Below are positions 9,611-18,695 of a stretch of DNA of 64,000 nt, piece after piece (positions within the stretch are counted from its first letter, which is position 1; every line of letters begins with the position of its first letter). The stretch spans positions 32,001-96,000 of the forward strand of contig DASZWM010000003.1 in NCBI GenBank assembly GCA_035546615.1, written 5' to 3'. The DNA is from Minisyncoccota bacterium (GTDB taxonomy: Bacteria; Patescibacteriota; Minisyncoccia; Phycocordibacterales; SBAW01). The notes beneath the pieces are model-generated. The model saw only the letters and a program-made list of their open reading frames with translations, had not been told where the DNA came from and ran no database searches. The position numbers and the translations under genes are program-made.

Positions 9611-10398
9611 TAATCCAAAATCCTGAAGCGGCGGTTTTTCGCGGCTATCAGCCCTTCCTTCGCCAAGACCGCGACTATCGGAGCCAGGTCCTTGGAGCTG
9701 CGGCCGGTTGCGTCTATCAGCTCGTCGAATGTTTTGGGCATTTTGAGTAGCTCGCGCAGTATCAGGCCGCGTACCTGGCGGTAGGAGCCCTCGAATTTGC
9801 TCTGCTTCGTATAGTGCTTGCTTCTGCTGTTGAGCTTAATTCCCTTCTGCTTCAGGTACGAGCCGTAGTCCATGAGCGCGGCGTAGAAGTCGCGGGGCTC
9901 CATGCCCGACTTCGTGAGCGCCTCTTTCACTTTCGGGAGTATTTCGATATCGGGAATAAGAGAGTCGCTTCGGCGCCTGAAAAGATAGTGGATGAACACG
10001 GTGCGGATGTTCGTCTCTATAAATACGCTTGGCTTGTTATGGGCGAACGCCTCCACCGCGGCGGCGGTGTACGAACCGACGCCCGGAAGCTTGCCGCCGG
10101 TCCAGCCTTCCCGGGCGATTATCTTCGCGGCCTCGTGGAGATACTTCGCGCGGCGGTTGTAGCCCAGCCCCTGCCAAAGCGCCAGCACTTCGGAGAGCTT
10201 TGCTTTTGCGAGCCTCTGCGCGGTCGGGAACTTCCGTATGAACGTCTCGTACTTCGGCACTACCCTATCCACCTGCGTCTGCTGGAGCATCACTTCCGAC
10301 ACCAGTACTCCATACGGGTCATGCGTGTGGCGCCACGGCAGGTGTCCCCTTCCTCGGGTTTTATAAAAGCTTTTGAGGTCGCGCAGCAGCTTCGGCAT
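9610..10398 (-). CDS. HhH-GPD DNA glycosylase, MutY-like (A/G-specific adenine glycosylase-like) lacking Fe-S cysteines, C-terminal winged-helix
   Basis: VMLQQTQV...KLPGVGSYTAAAV HhH-GPD motifs, no Cys cluster, and a C-terminal ...LILRELLK...ELIDATG wHTH-like segment. Confidence 0.75.
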   Translation of the reverse strand: MPKLLRDLKSFYKTRGRGHLPWRHTHDPYGVLVSEVMLQQTQVDRVVPKYETFIRKFPTAQRLAKAKLSEVLALWQGLGYNRRAKYLHEAAKIIAREGWTGGKLPGVGSYTAAAVEAFAHNKPSVFIETNIRTVFIHYLFRRRSDSLIPDIEILPKVKEALTKSGMEPRDFYAALMDYGSYLKQKGIKLNSRSKHYTKQSKFEGSYRQVRGLILRELLKMPKTFDELIDATGRSSKDLAPIVAVLAKEGLIAAKNRRFRILD

Positions 10399-10458
10399 GC
10401 CTGCTATGGTAACAAAAAATCCCCCGAAGGGGATCTTTTGAGTGAGCCGTCGGAAGGC

Positions 10459-10710
10459 TTAGGCCTTCGGGCGGGCATCGGAGACCGTGAGCGTGCGGCC
10501 GTCGAAGTCCTTGCCATTCCACATGGAAATGGCGGCATCGGCGCCTGCATCATCGGCCATCTCCACGAAGCCGAAGCCACGAGAGCGACCGGTCTCACGA
10601 TCGGTGACGATGGACGCGGTGGCTACCTCTCCCGCCTTGGCGAACGCGTCTTTCAACTCGTCGCCCGTAGTGCGGTACGGAAGGCCTCCCACGAACAGTT
10701 TGCGTACCAT
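10459..10710 (-). CDS. RNA-binding protein with RRM domain
   Basis: RNP-2 KLFVGGLPY and RNP-1 RGFGFVEM motifs. The track start at 10725 is TTG; an ATG lies at 10710. Confidence 0.85.
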   Translation of the reverse strand: MVRKLFVGGLPYRTTGDELKDAFAKAGEVATASIVTDRETGRSRGFGFVEMADDAGADAAISMWNGKDFDGRTLTVSDARPKA

Positions 10711-10851
10711 ATTCGCGAAATACAATGAAGTTTACTAAGTTCCTTGTAAGACGACCCTCCGATACCGCAAAACGGCACACTGGAGAACTTACTGTAGAAC
10801 GCCCTCAAAGTAGCATAGGGCGGAGAGCGGCGCAATGCCGCCTGAAAGCCG

Positions 10852-11571
10852 CTAGATAAGCCTTGCCACGACCACCAAACGCTTGTCAAAAGAGTGCGCC
10901 ACGGAGTCCCAATCGCCGTCGCAGGTGATAAGGATTATCTGGGACGGGCCTTCGGTCGAAAATACCGCATCCGCAGGCGCGGCCTCGGCCGGATATTCCT
11001 CGATGCTTGTTACCTCATATGACAGGCTCCGGCCGTCTTTATCGAGAACCTGAATAGTCGCCCCCTCTTTGATCTGCGACAGGTGCGAAAAGACCCCCGC
11101 AGTCGTGAGCGCGTTATTGACATGCCCCGCGAAGACCGCGTTGCCCGGGCCGCCGGGCTTGGAGCCGGGCGCGTACCACGCCACGCTGCCGAAGGTACTC
11201 GGCGTGCCCATGGCGCCGTCGGCCTTCTTCCCCACATTCTCAACGGGCGCGTCTACGCCGAGCGAAGCTATCTTGAGCCGCGCGGGAGAAATCGGCTGCG
11301 TCGTGGTTGCGGCAGGTGCAGCGGGCGTTGCAAGCCTGTTGGCAACAGCAGGGTCCCCAAGCGCCGCGGCGGGCGCGAATGCAAGGAACGATGCCTTGGA
11401 GTCGAGCCCCGGAAGCTGCAGGCGCCTGAGCACGTCGACGCCGCCCACCAGTATAGCAAAGGCGCCGAGCGCGAGCGCGAGCTTGCGCAGCCAATGCGAA
11501 GGATGTCGGCGCTCTGTTGTCACGAGTACTCCCGACCTAGCGGACGATAGCAGCAAGGGTCTTTCTGACAT
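10852..11571 (-). CDS. Sortase family transpeptidase (class E/F-like)
   Basis: N-terminal TM anchor, a catalytic-like region with VFAGH and LITC (TLxTC) Cys motif. It overlaps the upstream FPNTG-protein gene by 35 nt. Confidence 0.65.
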   Translation of the reverse strand: MSERPLLLSSARSGVLVTTERRHPSHWLRKLALALGAFAILVGGVDVLRRLQLPGLDSKASFLAFAPAAALGDPAVANRLATPAAPAATTTQPISPARLKIASLGVDAPVENVGKKADGAMGTPSTFGSVAWYAPGSKPGGPGNAVFAGHVNNALTTAGVFSHLSQIKEGATIQVLDKDGRSLSYEVTSIEEYPAEAAPADAVFSTEGPSQIILITCDGDWDSVAHSFDKRLVVVARLI

Positions 11572-12190
11572 ACGGGATGGTAAGCGAAGCCAGAATCGCG
11601 AGCGCCGCGAGGACGAGCGACAGCAGAGCGACGTTCATGGGCTCGAAGCCGGTGTTCGGGAATGCGGGAACGTACTTGGAGACGACGGCCGGCTGTACCT
11701 GGCAGCCGCAGTTTTGGGCGCTGTAGGCATACGTCACCGGCTGCGCGTATTGGGAGCATCCGCAAGGCGTCTGGTAGGTGTAATTCTGGTACGGGTAGTA
11801 ATCGTTGTAGCCGCCGTAATAATCGTCGGTCTCGCGCATGGTAATGCGGCACGTTTCGGTGTCATTGCGGTCAAGATCGCCCCGGCAGCCGCTTGAGTAT
11901 GAAGGCGTGTAGCCGCTCCGGTTGCGGACGGAAACCGAGTACCAGCCGTCGACATACACCGTCGTGCCGTTGTCCGAACCCTTAAAGGATTCTTTTGAAA
12001 CATCGTCGCCGTCCACGCGCACGGTAAAGTCGGACGGGTCGTCGTTGCTGTAGCGGTCGTCCACGTCGACATAGACCTTGAGGCGGCCGTCGCTGCTGCT
12101 GGCGGCTGAGGAAACGGCGGGCGCGAGGGCGCCGGCCAAGAGAGCGACCGAGACAAGGGACAGCACGAGGGAGCGTTTAAAGTGGGTCAT
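11537..12190 (-). CDS. Secreted protein with C-terminal FPNTG sorting signal (putative sortase substrate)
   Basis: Signal peptide, and a Cys/Tyr/Asn-rich middle region. The C-terminus reads FPNTG, then a hydrophobic helix, then an RK tail. Confidence 0.6.
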   Translation of the reverse strand: MTHFKRSLVLSLVSVALLAGALAPAVSSAASSSDGRLKVYVDVDDRYSNDDPSDFTVRVDGDDVSKESFKGSDNGTTVYVDGWYSVSVRNRSGYTPSYSSGCRGDLDRNDTETCRITMRETDDYYGGYNDYYPYQNYTYQTPCGCSQYAQPVTYAYSAQNCGCQVQPAVVSKYVPAFPNTGFEPMNVALLSLVLAALAILASLTIPYVRKTLAAIVR

Positions 12191-12279
12191 ACGTTAGGAA
12201 ATTTAGTAGTAAAGCCGAGCGGGACCAGACCTGCTCCCATACTACGACATCGGCAATACCGCGCAAGGCGACCTGTTTT

Positions 12280-12486
12280 CTAGAACCCGGCCGGAAGGGC
12301 GAGGCTGCTTAGGAACGCCGGGATGACCAAAGGGAGCAAGACAAGCGGAACGGCGATAGCGCCCACCGTTATCCAAAAGCCCCAGAGCATGTACTTGCGC
12401 TGCTTTTCCGAGGAGGCGTACAGGGCGTCCACCTTCCCCTCAAGCTCGCGCAGCTTCATCTCCATCCGGTCGAGCTGTTCGTTCAT
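12280..12486 (-). CDS. Small membrane protein with N-terminal coiled-coil
   Basis: 68 aa. ELEGKVDALY helix followed by one TM segment. No family assignment. Confidence 0.35.
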   Translation of the reverse strand: MNEQLDRMEMKLRELEGKVDALYASSEKQRKYMLWGFWITVGAIAVPLVLLPLVIPAFLSSLALPAGF

Positions 12487-12493
12487 CAGCCTA

Positions 12494-13219
12494 TTATACC
12501 CCCGCCAAGCGGATGGCGATAAAGAGCACCGCCGCGCCCAGAACGGTCATCCCTGTGGTCCATAAGGTCGGGTGCTTGTGGTGGCTCTCCGGCACGAGGT
12601 CGCTTGCCCCGATGTAGAGGAAGAACCCGGCGAAGAGCGCCAGCAGAAGGCCCAAATGCTCGTCTGACACGCCGAAAAGAAGCGTCGCCAGGATGCCGAC
12701 GACCGGCGCCAGCGCGTCCACGGCAAGCCACTTCAGCGCCCGGCCGCGCGCTCCCCCGTTCTTAATGATCATGTTGACGGTATTGATGCCGTCGGAGAAA
12801 TCGTGCGTCAGGACGGCCGCGGCAACGACGATGCCGACCGCGGGCGATACCTGGAACGCCAGCCCGATGCCGATGCCGTCCAGAAAGCTGTGGAAGGAAA
12901 GCGACGAGGCCCCCACGATGCCGCGCTGCGCGTGATGATGCTCTTCGTCATGGTCGCCGTGGCCGTGAAGGATTATCAGGCGGTCGAGCCCGAGGTAGAC
13001 CAGAAACCCGAGCGCCGTCACGGCAAGCAGCGTGGATGCCTCGTAGGACGCGCTTCCCAATTCAAGCGCCTCCGGAAGCAGGTCGAAGAACGCGACGCCG
13101 ATGATGGCTCCGGCGCTGAAGCCGAGTATCAGGTGCAGGCGGTCGCGCAAGCGGAGCGCGAACAGGCCTCCGAGCATGGTAGAGACAAATGCGGCTATTG
13201 CGATAAGTGCGAGCGTCAT
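12494..13219 (-). CDS. zupT: ZIP family zinc transporter
   Basis: HGHGDHDEEHHH loop plus HSFLDGIGIG and HDFSDGI ZIP signatures. Confidence 0.9.
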   Translation of the reverse strand: MTLALIAIAAFVSTMLGGLFALRLRDRLHLILGFSAGAIIGVAFFDLLPEALELGSASYEASTLLAVTALGFLVYLGLDRLIILHGHGDHDEEHHHAQRGIVGASSLSFHSFLDGIGIGLAFQVSPAVGIVVAAAVLTHDFSDGINTVNMIIKNGGARGRALKWLAVDALAPVVGILATLLFGVSDEHLGLLLALFAGFFLYIGASDLVPESHHKHPTLWTTGMTVLGAAVLFIAIRLAGV

Positions 13220-13230
13220 GGTATGCGAAA

Positions 13231-13647
13231 TTAGCTAGTACACGTCTTGCACGTCCCGAAGAACTCCAGGTCGTGGCTCATAATGCTTGCGAACGTGCGG
13301 GAGCCGCGCAGGGCGACCTTCTCCATGGGCTCCACCGCGCAGGCGGCGACATCCTCCACCGCGCCGCAATTGGTGCAGACAAGATGGTGATGATGCGTCT
13401 TCTGAAGCTCATAGTGCGCGTGGCTGTGATGCAAGTCCACCCGGCGGACAATGCCCGCCTGCGCGAACGCTTCAAGCGCCCGGTAGAGCGTTGTCTCGTT
13501 AAGTTTGCCTTTCGTACCCTTCGCCACTTCCCCAACGGTCATGGGCTTCTCGCGTGCCCCAAGCGCTTCAATTATCCTGATGCGCCCGGGCGTGGCCTTG
13601 AATCCCGCTTCCCGGAGGCGCCGGGCGATGTCTGCATTTTTCTCCAT
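13231..13647 (-). CDS. zur: Fur family transcriptional regulator (likely Zur)
   Basis: Fur-like fold (RIRIIEAL...HHHHLVCTNCG...C..C), located directly upstream of zupT in the same orientation. Confidence 0.8.
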   Translation of the reverse strand: MEKNADIARRLREAGFKATPGRIRIIEALGAREKPMTVGEVAKGTKGKLNETTLYRALEAFAQAGIVRRVDLHHSHAHYELQKTHHHHLVCTNCGAVEDVAACAVEPMEKVALRGSRTFASIMSHDLEFFGTCKTCTS

Positions 13648-13682
13648 TGCCCCACCATATCATAAATGCAAAAAACTTGCAA

Positions 13683-14828
13683 TTACTTATGCACATGCCC
13701 GTGCGGGCGCTCTGAGGGCGGCAGTTCCCTGCCATGGAGCATCCAGACCGCCACGGCGGTGGTTATCGGAACCGTAAGGATGATGCCGATGGAGCCCAGC
13801 ATCGTGCGCAGTATCTCGGTGGCGAACAGTTCCTGGTTGAGCGTCACCTCAAGGCTCTGCGTGTAGGAGGCCTGGAAGAGCAGGAGAAGCGGCAATGCGG
13901 CGCCGACGTACGCTATCGCGAGCATATTCACGAGCGCGCCGATATGCTCGCGGCCGATGCGCAGCGCGCGGCGGTATATCTCGCGCGCGCTCAGGTGCCC
14001 GCCGGCGCTGATGAGCTCCTCGACCGCGATAGACTGCCCTATCGCCGCGTCATAGAGCACGCCGAGGATGCCTATCAGTATGCTGCCCAGAAGCAGGCCC
14101 ACGAGGTCTATGGAGCCGCGCGTGTCGAAATTAAGGTACACCGCCTCCTCGTTCGTGAAGCCGGTCAGATGCGACAGGTGTATGGCGGCGTACGCCAGCG
14201 CGCCGGTTATGGCGATGGTCGCGAGCATCCCGAGCACCGCGGTCGTCGTCGTGCGGTTGAACCCGTGCGTGACATAGGAGCCCAGCACGATGATAAGCGC
14301 CGACACCCCGAGCGCCACCAGGACCGGCGGATAGCCCGCCAGTATCCCGGGCAAAAGCAGGTACCCGATGAAGAAAAAGCTCATACAGAGCGCAACGAGC
14401 CCCCGCACGCCCTGGATGCCGCCGAAGAAGAAGAGGCACGCGAGGAAGAGCCCCACGAAGAACGCGATGACCGGCAGGCGGTACGGGGCCGAGACGCTGT
14501 ATGCGTCCACGCCGTCCAGCCGGTTTACGCGGTGCATGAGATACAGCACGTCCCCCGGCTTGGCCAGGAGAAAATCATTGTCTATGGTCAGGACGCTCCC
14601 CTCGCTCGGGCCGTCGAGCATCTTGACTTTTATCGTCTGAAAATTCGATTTGGTATCGGTGCCCGGCACCAGCTTTTCCTCGGAGCTCACCACCTCCGCT
14701 ACCCGCCCCTTTTCATACGTTACCGTATCGGGCACCACTTCCTGCGCGCGCGCAGGCGCGGCCGGCGCGAACGCCGCCGCTATAAGGAGCGCCGGAAGAA
14801 AGAGCCGCGCAAAAGCCGTACGTTTCAT
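13683..14828 (-). CDS. YibE/F-like multi-pass membrane protein with periplasmic N-terminal domain
   Basis: Signal peptide, a ~110-aa soluble region, then 7-8 TM helices with Gly-rich segments. The family call is from memory. Confidence 0.55.
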   Translation of the reverse strand: MKRTAFARLFLPALLIAAAFAPAAPARAQEVVPDTVTYEKGRVAEVVSSEEKLVPGTDTKSNFQTIKVKMLDGPSEGSVLTIDNDFLLAKPGDVLYLMHRVNRLDGVDAYSVSAPYRLPVIAFFVGLFLACLFFFGGIQGVRGLVALCMSFFFIGYLLLPGILAGYPPVLVALGVSALIIVLGSYVTHGFNRTTTTAVLGMLATIAITGALAYAAIHLSHLTGFTNEEAVYLNFDTRGSIDLVGLLLGSILIGILGVLYDAAIGQSIAVEELISAGGHLSAREIYRRALRIGREHIGALVNMLAIAYVGAALPLLLLFQASYTQSLEVTLNQELFATEILRTMLGSIGIILTVPITTAVAVWMLHGRELPPSERPHGHVHK

Positions 14829-15241
14829 TACTCGCGGTCGTGCTCGAAGATGTGCGTCAGGCGCAGGCGGCCGGCGCCGATGAGCGCGAGCCCGAAGGAA
14901 GTGGCGGCGAGCAGTATCTCGAACTCCCCGCCCGAGAATCCGCGCTTGGGGAGCACCGCAAGCGCAAGCGCCACCAGCATGGCAATGCCGGTCGCCACGG
15001 CCGCGGCGCGCACGGCTATGCCGAGCGCGAGCATCGCTCCGCCGACTATCTCAACGAAGGTGATGGCATACGCCATGAATCCCGGAAGCCCGATGGCCAT
15101 CATGAATCCGGCGGTGCCGCCCAGGTTCTCGAACTTCATCAGTCCGTGGTGGATGAATATGGCGCCCAGCGTGACGCGGATAAGCAGAAGTCCGAGCGAG
15201 GGGCGGTACCAGAAGCGGCTGACGCGATTAAGCAGTTCCAT
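14828..15241 (-). CDS. DoxX family membrane protein
   Basis: Four TM helices, with LIRVTLGAIFIHHGLMKF as the typical DoxX N-terminus. Confidence 0.8.
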   Translation of the reverse strand: MELLNRVSRFWYRPSLGLLLIRVTLGAIFIHHGLMKFENLGGTAGFMMAIGLPGFMAYAITFVEIVGGAMLALGIAVRAAAVATGIAMLVALALAVLPKRGFSGGEFEILLAATSFGLALIGAGRLRLTHIFEHDRE

Positions 15242-15269
15242 GATCCTTGGATTGGTTTAAGAATTGATA

Positions 15270-16037
15270 TTATTGCGCCTGTCCCGACGCCGACGCGGCC
15301 GCCGCGGGAGCCAGCGCGTGCAGGCTCTTGAGTATCGTGTCCACCGACTTCCGAGCCGCTGCAAGATCGGCATGCGCCGCGCCGACTTCCTTGCGCGCGC
15401 TTACGAGCGCGTCGGTGTTCGCCTTCATCTTGTCCTTGTCTCCCCCGTCCGGCACCAGCACCGCCGAAGAAGCCACGGCAGCCTGCGCGTGGGCCTGCGC
15501 GCTCCCGAGCGACTCTCCCATCCGGGTCAGCTCCGCGGTAACGTCCGTGACATTGCCGCCCGCGGCGCCTGCCGCCTGCACGCGCGCCTGGAGCTTGGCC
15601 CCGATGCCCGCGAGCATGTTGATTATCGTCGCCTCGCGGTCGGCGGCCGCGGCAATGCGCGCCTGCGGCACCACGAGCGCGAATATGCGGTAGGCCTGCG
15701 TGATGGAAGATATATCCGCGCGCAAGGTCGGGCCGTCCTGGTCGGCGGCAATCTTGGTCTTCAGCGCGGCAAGGCCGCTTATCTGCGTCTGCACGTTGGT
15801 GTTGAGATTGGCCTTGAAGTCGGCGGTTACCTTGGTCATCGCTCCCACGCGCACCGCCAGGTCCTGCAATACCTTAACGCGGCGGTCTATTTCCGTATTC
15901 GCCTTTTCCTTGGCGCGGGTCATGACCGCGGCGGAAACGGTAGTGGAAGCGGTCTGCGCGAGCGCGAAGGCCGGCGCCACAAGCGCCAGTCCGAGCGCTG
16001 CGGTGATAACTGCCTGCTTATAGATGGAGTGTGTCAT
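15270..16037 (-). CDS. Secreted Ala-rich coiled-coil protein
   Basis: Signal peptide MTHSIYKQAVITAALGLALVAPAFA at the ATG at 16037 (the track has GTG at 16097). Low-complexity, Ala-rich. Confidence 0.5.
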   Translation of the reverse strand: MTHSIYKQAVITAALGLALVAPAFALAQTASTTVSAAVMTRAKEKANTEIDRRVKVLQDLAVRVGAMTKVTADFKANLNTNVQTQISGLAALKTKIAADQDGPTLRADISSITQAYRIFALVVPQARIAAAADREATIINMLAGIGAKLQARVQAAGAAGGNVTDVTAELTRMGESLGSAQAHAQAAVASSAVLVPDGGDKDKMKANTDALVSARKEVGAAHADLAAARKSVDTILKSLHALAPAAAASASGQAQ

Positions 16038-16038
16038 A

Positions 16039-16359
16039 TTAGAATTCCTGCGCGGTTGGCTTGTCATTAATGCCCTGGTCGGCGCTCGTTTCGTCACTGC
16101 CGAGCCCCTGCAGCTGCAGGTCTACCGCCGCGCTGTCCTGCGCTATCGCCGCGTCCGAAACGTCGTCGCTTGCGGTCGGCAAGTCGGTAACGGGCGGCTG
16201 CGCCGCCGGCTGCTGCGGAGTCTCCGGCGTCGTGGTCGCCTGCTGAGCGGCCGTACCGCCCATAGTCGGCGGCAGGTAATCCTTAAGGAGCCCGCTCCAC
16301 CAGAGGCCTCCGGCGGCGACGGCGAGCAGCACGATACCGATAAGCGCTTTCATTATCAT
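16039..16359 (-). CDS. Membrane-anchored protein (GG-WW anchor, Thr/Pro/Gln-rich linker, acidic C-terminus)
   Basis: MIMKALIGIVLLAVAAGGLWWSG... The ATG is at 16359 (the track has TTG at 16365). Confidence 0.45.
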   Translation of the reverse strand: MIMKALIGIVLLAVAAGGLWWSGLLKDYLPPTMGGTAAQQATTTPETPQQPAAQPPVTDLPTASDDVSDAAIAQDSAAVDLQLQGLGSDETSADQGINDKPTAQEF

Positions 16360-16465
16360 AAGCAAGGGAAATTAACGTATAGTAGGACCTCGGTCCAGTA
16401 TACTCTCCCCGGCTTGGGTGTACACGATTTTATTCACCGCCCGGGCCGTCGCGCGGCTTGGGATG

Positions 16466-16966
16466 CTAGCGCTGGTTCTCCTCCAGCAGGCGCTTGTCCT
16501 CTTCGGTCGGCTCCAAATCCAGGCATACCGAGTTCAGGCAATAGCGCTTGCCGGTCGCGGTAGGGCCGTCGTCAAACACGTGGCCCAGATGGCTGCCGCA
16601 GTTGGCGCACAATACCTCCGTGCGGTGCATGCCGTAGGCGTTATCGGCCTTAAACTCCACCGCGCCCGGAAGCGCCTGGTCGAACGACGGCCAGCCGGTG
16701 CCGGAGTCGAATTTCGCGCTGGAGGCGAAAAGCGGATTGTTGCACGCCGCGCAGCGGTACACGCCGTCGCGATCTTCGTGCAGGAGCTTGCCGGAGAACG
16801 GCGCCTCCGTCCCGCGCTCGCGCAATATCGCGTACTGCTCGGGCGTGAGCTTCTGCTTCCAGCCCTCCTCGTCGCGCGGCATGTCGTCGTGGTCGTGATG
16901 TGTATTGGAATTAGTCATAGGTTTTCTGTCGAATCGATAGGTATAAGTATACAAACTCCTACTCAT
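16466..16966 (-). CDS. msrB: Peptide-methionine (R)-S-oxide reductase MsrB
   Basis: SelR domain with CxxC...CxxC zinc site and catalytic RYCLNSVCL. An alternative ATG lies at 16918. Confidence 0.9.
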   Translation of the reverse strand: MSRSLYTYTYRFDRKPMTNSNTHHDHDDMPRDEEGWKQKLTPEQYAILRERGTEAPFSGKLLHEDRDGVYRCAACNNPLFASSAKFDSGTGWPSFDQALPGAVEFKADNAYGMHRTEVLCANCGSHLGHVFDDGPTATGKRYCLNSVCLDLEPTEEDKRLLEENQR

Positions 16967-17657
16967 AGACTACTTCTGTTATCTCCGCGTGCGGGTTCGG
17001 TATGACGCACAGGACCTTTCCGGCTATCTTAAAGTCCTCGCGGAGCACTATCGGGCGGTACTTGGGGTTCTTGGATTCCGGATACAGTATCGTGACGCCG
17101 TTCTTCTTTTCGTAGCGCTTCACCGTCACCATATCGCCCACTATCGCCGCCACCCGGTCGCCGTTCTGCGCCTCGTCGGTAAAGCGGATAAGCACGTAGT
17201 CGCCCGGATTGATGCCCGCGTCCTGCATGGAGTCGCCTACCGCGCGCACCGCCACGATGCCGCCCTCTTCCCCCGCGCCGCGCGGAGCAACCTCCTCGCC
17301 GCGGTACGGCCCGTCGGCTATGGTCTTGTCCACTTCAAGGAATTCGTCGTACTGCTCCTGCGCAAAAAGGCTCAGGTCGTCGCAGCCGACGTTCGCCACC
17401 ACCGGCACGCTGACCGTCCGGTTGGGCATGCCGTCGGAATCGGCATTGCGCAGCTCTATGTTGCGGCGCGCGTGCTTGCGGCGGTAGATGTAGCCTTTTT
17501 CCTCCAGCGCCTCCAGATACTGCGTCACGGTGCGCAGCGACTTGAGTTTGAGGCTCGCCTTGAGCTCCTCCAGGGTCGGCGGCTCCTTGTGCTTGAGCAT
17601 GTAGGCCTCAAGCGTATCGAGCACGTGCTGCTGTTTAATTGTGAGTGCGTGCTGCAT
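16959..17657 (-). CDS. lexA: LexA repressor (S24 peptidase)
   Basis: N-terminal wHTH, Ala-Gly cleavage region VANVGCDD, and a GDSM...K catalytic dyad region. Confidence 0.95.
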   Translation of the reverse strand: MQHALTIKQQHVLDTLEAYMLKHKEPPTLEELKASLKLKSLRTVTQYLEALEEKGYIYRRKHARRNIELRNADSDGMPNRTVSVPVVANVGCDDLSLFAQEQYDEFLEVDKTIADGPYRGEEVAPRGAGEEGGIVAVRAVGDSMQDAGINPGDYVLIRFTDEAQNGDRVAAIVGDMVTVKRYEKKNGVTILYPESKNPKYRPIVLREDFKIAGKVLCVIPNPHAEITEVVYE

Positions 17658-17760
17658 ACCTACATACTAAACCAGGTCTTTTTTGTGTGCAATACACAAC
17701 ATACACAAGTTGGGGATAACCGGCGCGACAAGCGTGCACACAAGTCTTTAGGCTACAGAG

Positions 17761-18381
17761 ATGGCTATCGCCCGCACCGCAGACCAGGGGAAACTATTTG
17801 ACTTGCCGCTGTCGCTCCCCAACGGATTGGTCTACCGGCCGGATTTCCTGACGCCCGAGGAAGAAGAACTGTTGCTGGCGTACGTAGAGAATCTGCCGAT
17901 GGTGCACCCCACATTCGAAGAGCACGAGGCAAAACGGCGGCTTGCCGCGTTCGGCTGGAGCTACGACTTTGAGCGCGAAAAGCTTATCGAGGGCCCGCCG
18001 CTTCCGAAATTCCTGCATCCGGCGCAAAGGAAGATCGCCAAATGGCTCGGTATCTCCCCCGCCCGGGTGGTTGAGGCGCTGGTGCAGGAGTACACGCCGG
18101 GCTCGGCCATAGGCTGGCACCGCGACAACGAAAAGTTCGAATCTATCATCGGCATTTCGCTCGCGGGCTGGTGCAGGATGCGTTTCAGGCCCTTGGGCCT
18201 GAAACAATCAAGAAGTAGGCCGCTCGCAGCGAAAGATGTTGTGGCTCTGGAGCTCGAACCCCGCTCCTGCTACATCATGCAGAAGGACGTGCGGTGGAAG
18301 TGGCAGCATTCGGTGGCGCCCGTCAAAACCCTGCGCTATTCGATAACGTTCCGGACCCTGCCGGAGGGGTTTCGGCCCTAA
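17761..18381 (+). CDS. alkB: AlkB-like 2OG-Fe(II) oxygenase (alkylated DNA repair dioxygenase)
   Basis: IGWHRDNE (HxD) ... H ... RYSITFR motifs. It is divergent from lexA. Confidence 0.85.
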   Translation: MAIARTADQGKLFDLPLSLPNGLVYRPDFLTPEEEELLLAYVENLPMVHPTFEEHEAKRRLAAFGWSYDFEREKLIEGPPLPKFLHPAQRKIAKWLGISPARVVEALVQEYTPGSAIGWHRDNEKFESIIGISLAGWCRMRFRPLGLKQSRSRPLAAKDVVALELEPRSCYIMQKDVRWKWQHSVAPVKTLRYSITFRTLPEGFRP

Positions 18382-18482
18382 GCCCGGTTCATGCAGATAT
18401 CAGGCGGCTCTGTATATAGTTGCATGTGTGCCCAGGGTTCGGCGGCGTGCGGCGGCTATTACAAAAGTATTTACACTTTTAT

Positions 18483-18686
18483 ATGAAAGTCATACTTTCC
18501 TGCAGCGAGTGCGACTTCCAGGCGTGGGGTTCGGCCGAAGGGCGGCTCATGAACAAGATAGTCATGTGGAACCATGCCAAGCGCGCGCACGCCGACCAAG
18601 CCGACCTCGTGATGCAGACCTACGAAGAGCAGGCGCAGCCCAGCGACATCTACGAAACGCGCCGGATAATCCCTATTACCGCGTAA
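18483..18686 (+). CDS. DUF1059-like small metal-binding protein
   Basis: MKVILSCSECDFQAW...AHA pattern, recalled as DUF1059. The ATG lies inside the track ORF 18420..18686. Confidence 0.45.
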   Translation: MKVILSCSECDFQAWGSAEGRLMNKIVMWNHAKRAHADQADLVMQTYEEQAQPSDIYETRRIIPITA

Positions 18687-18695
18687 TTTTTCCTG

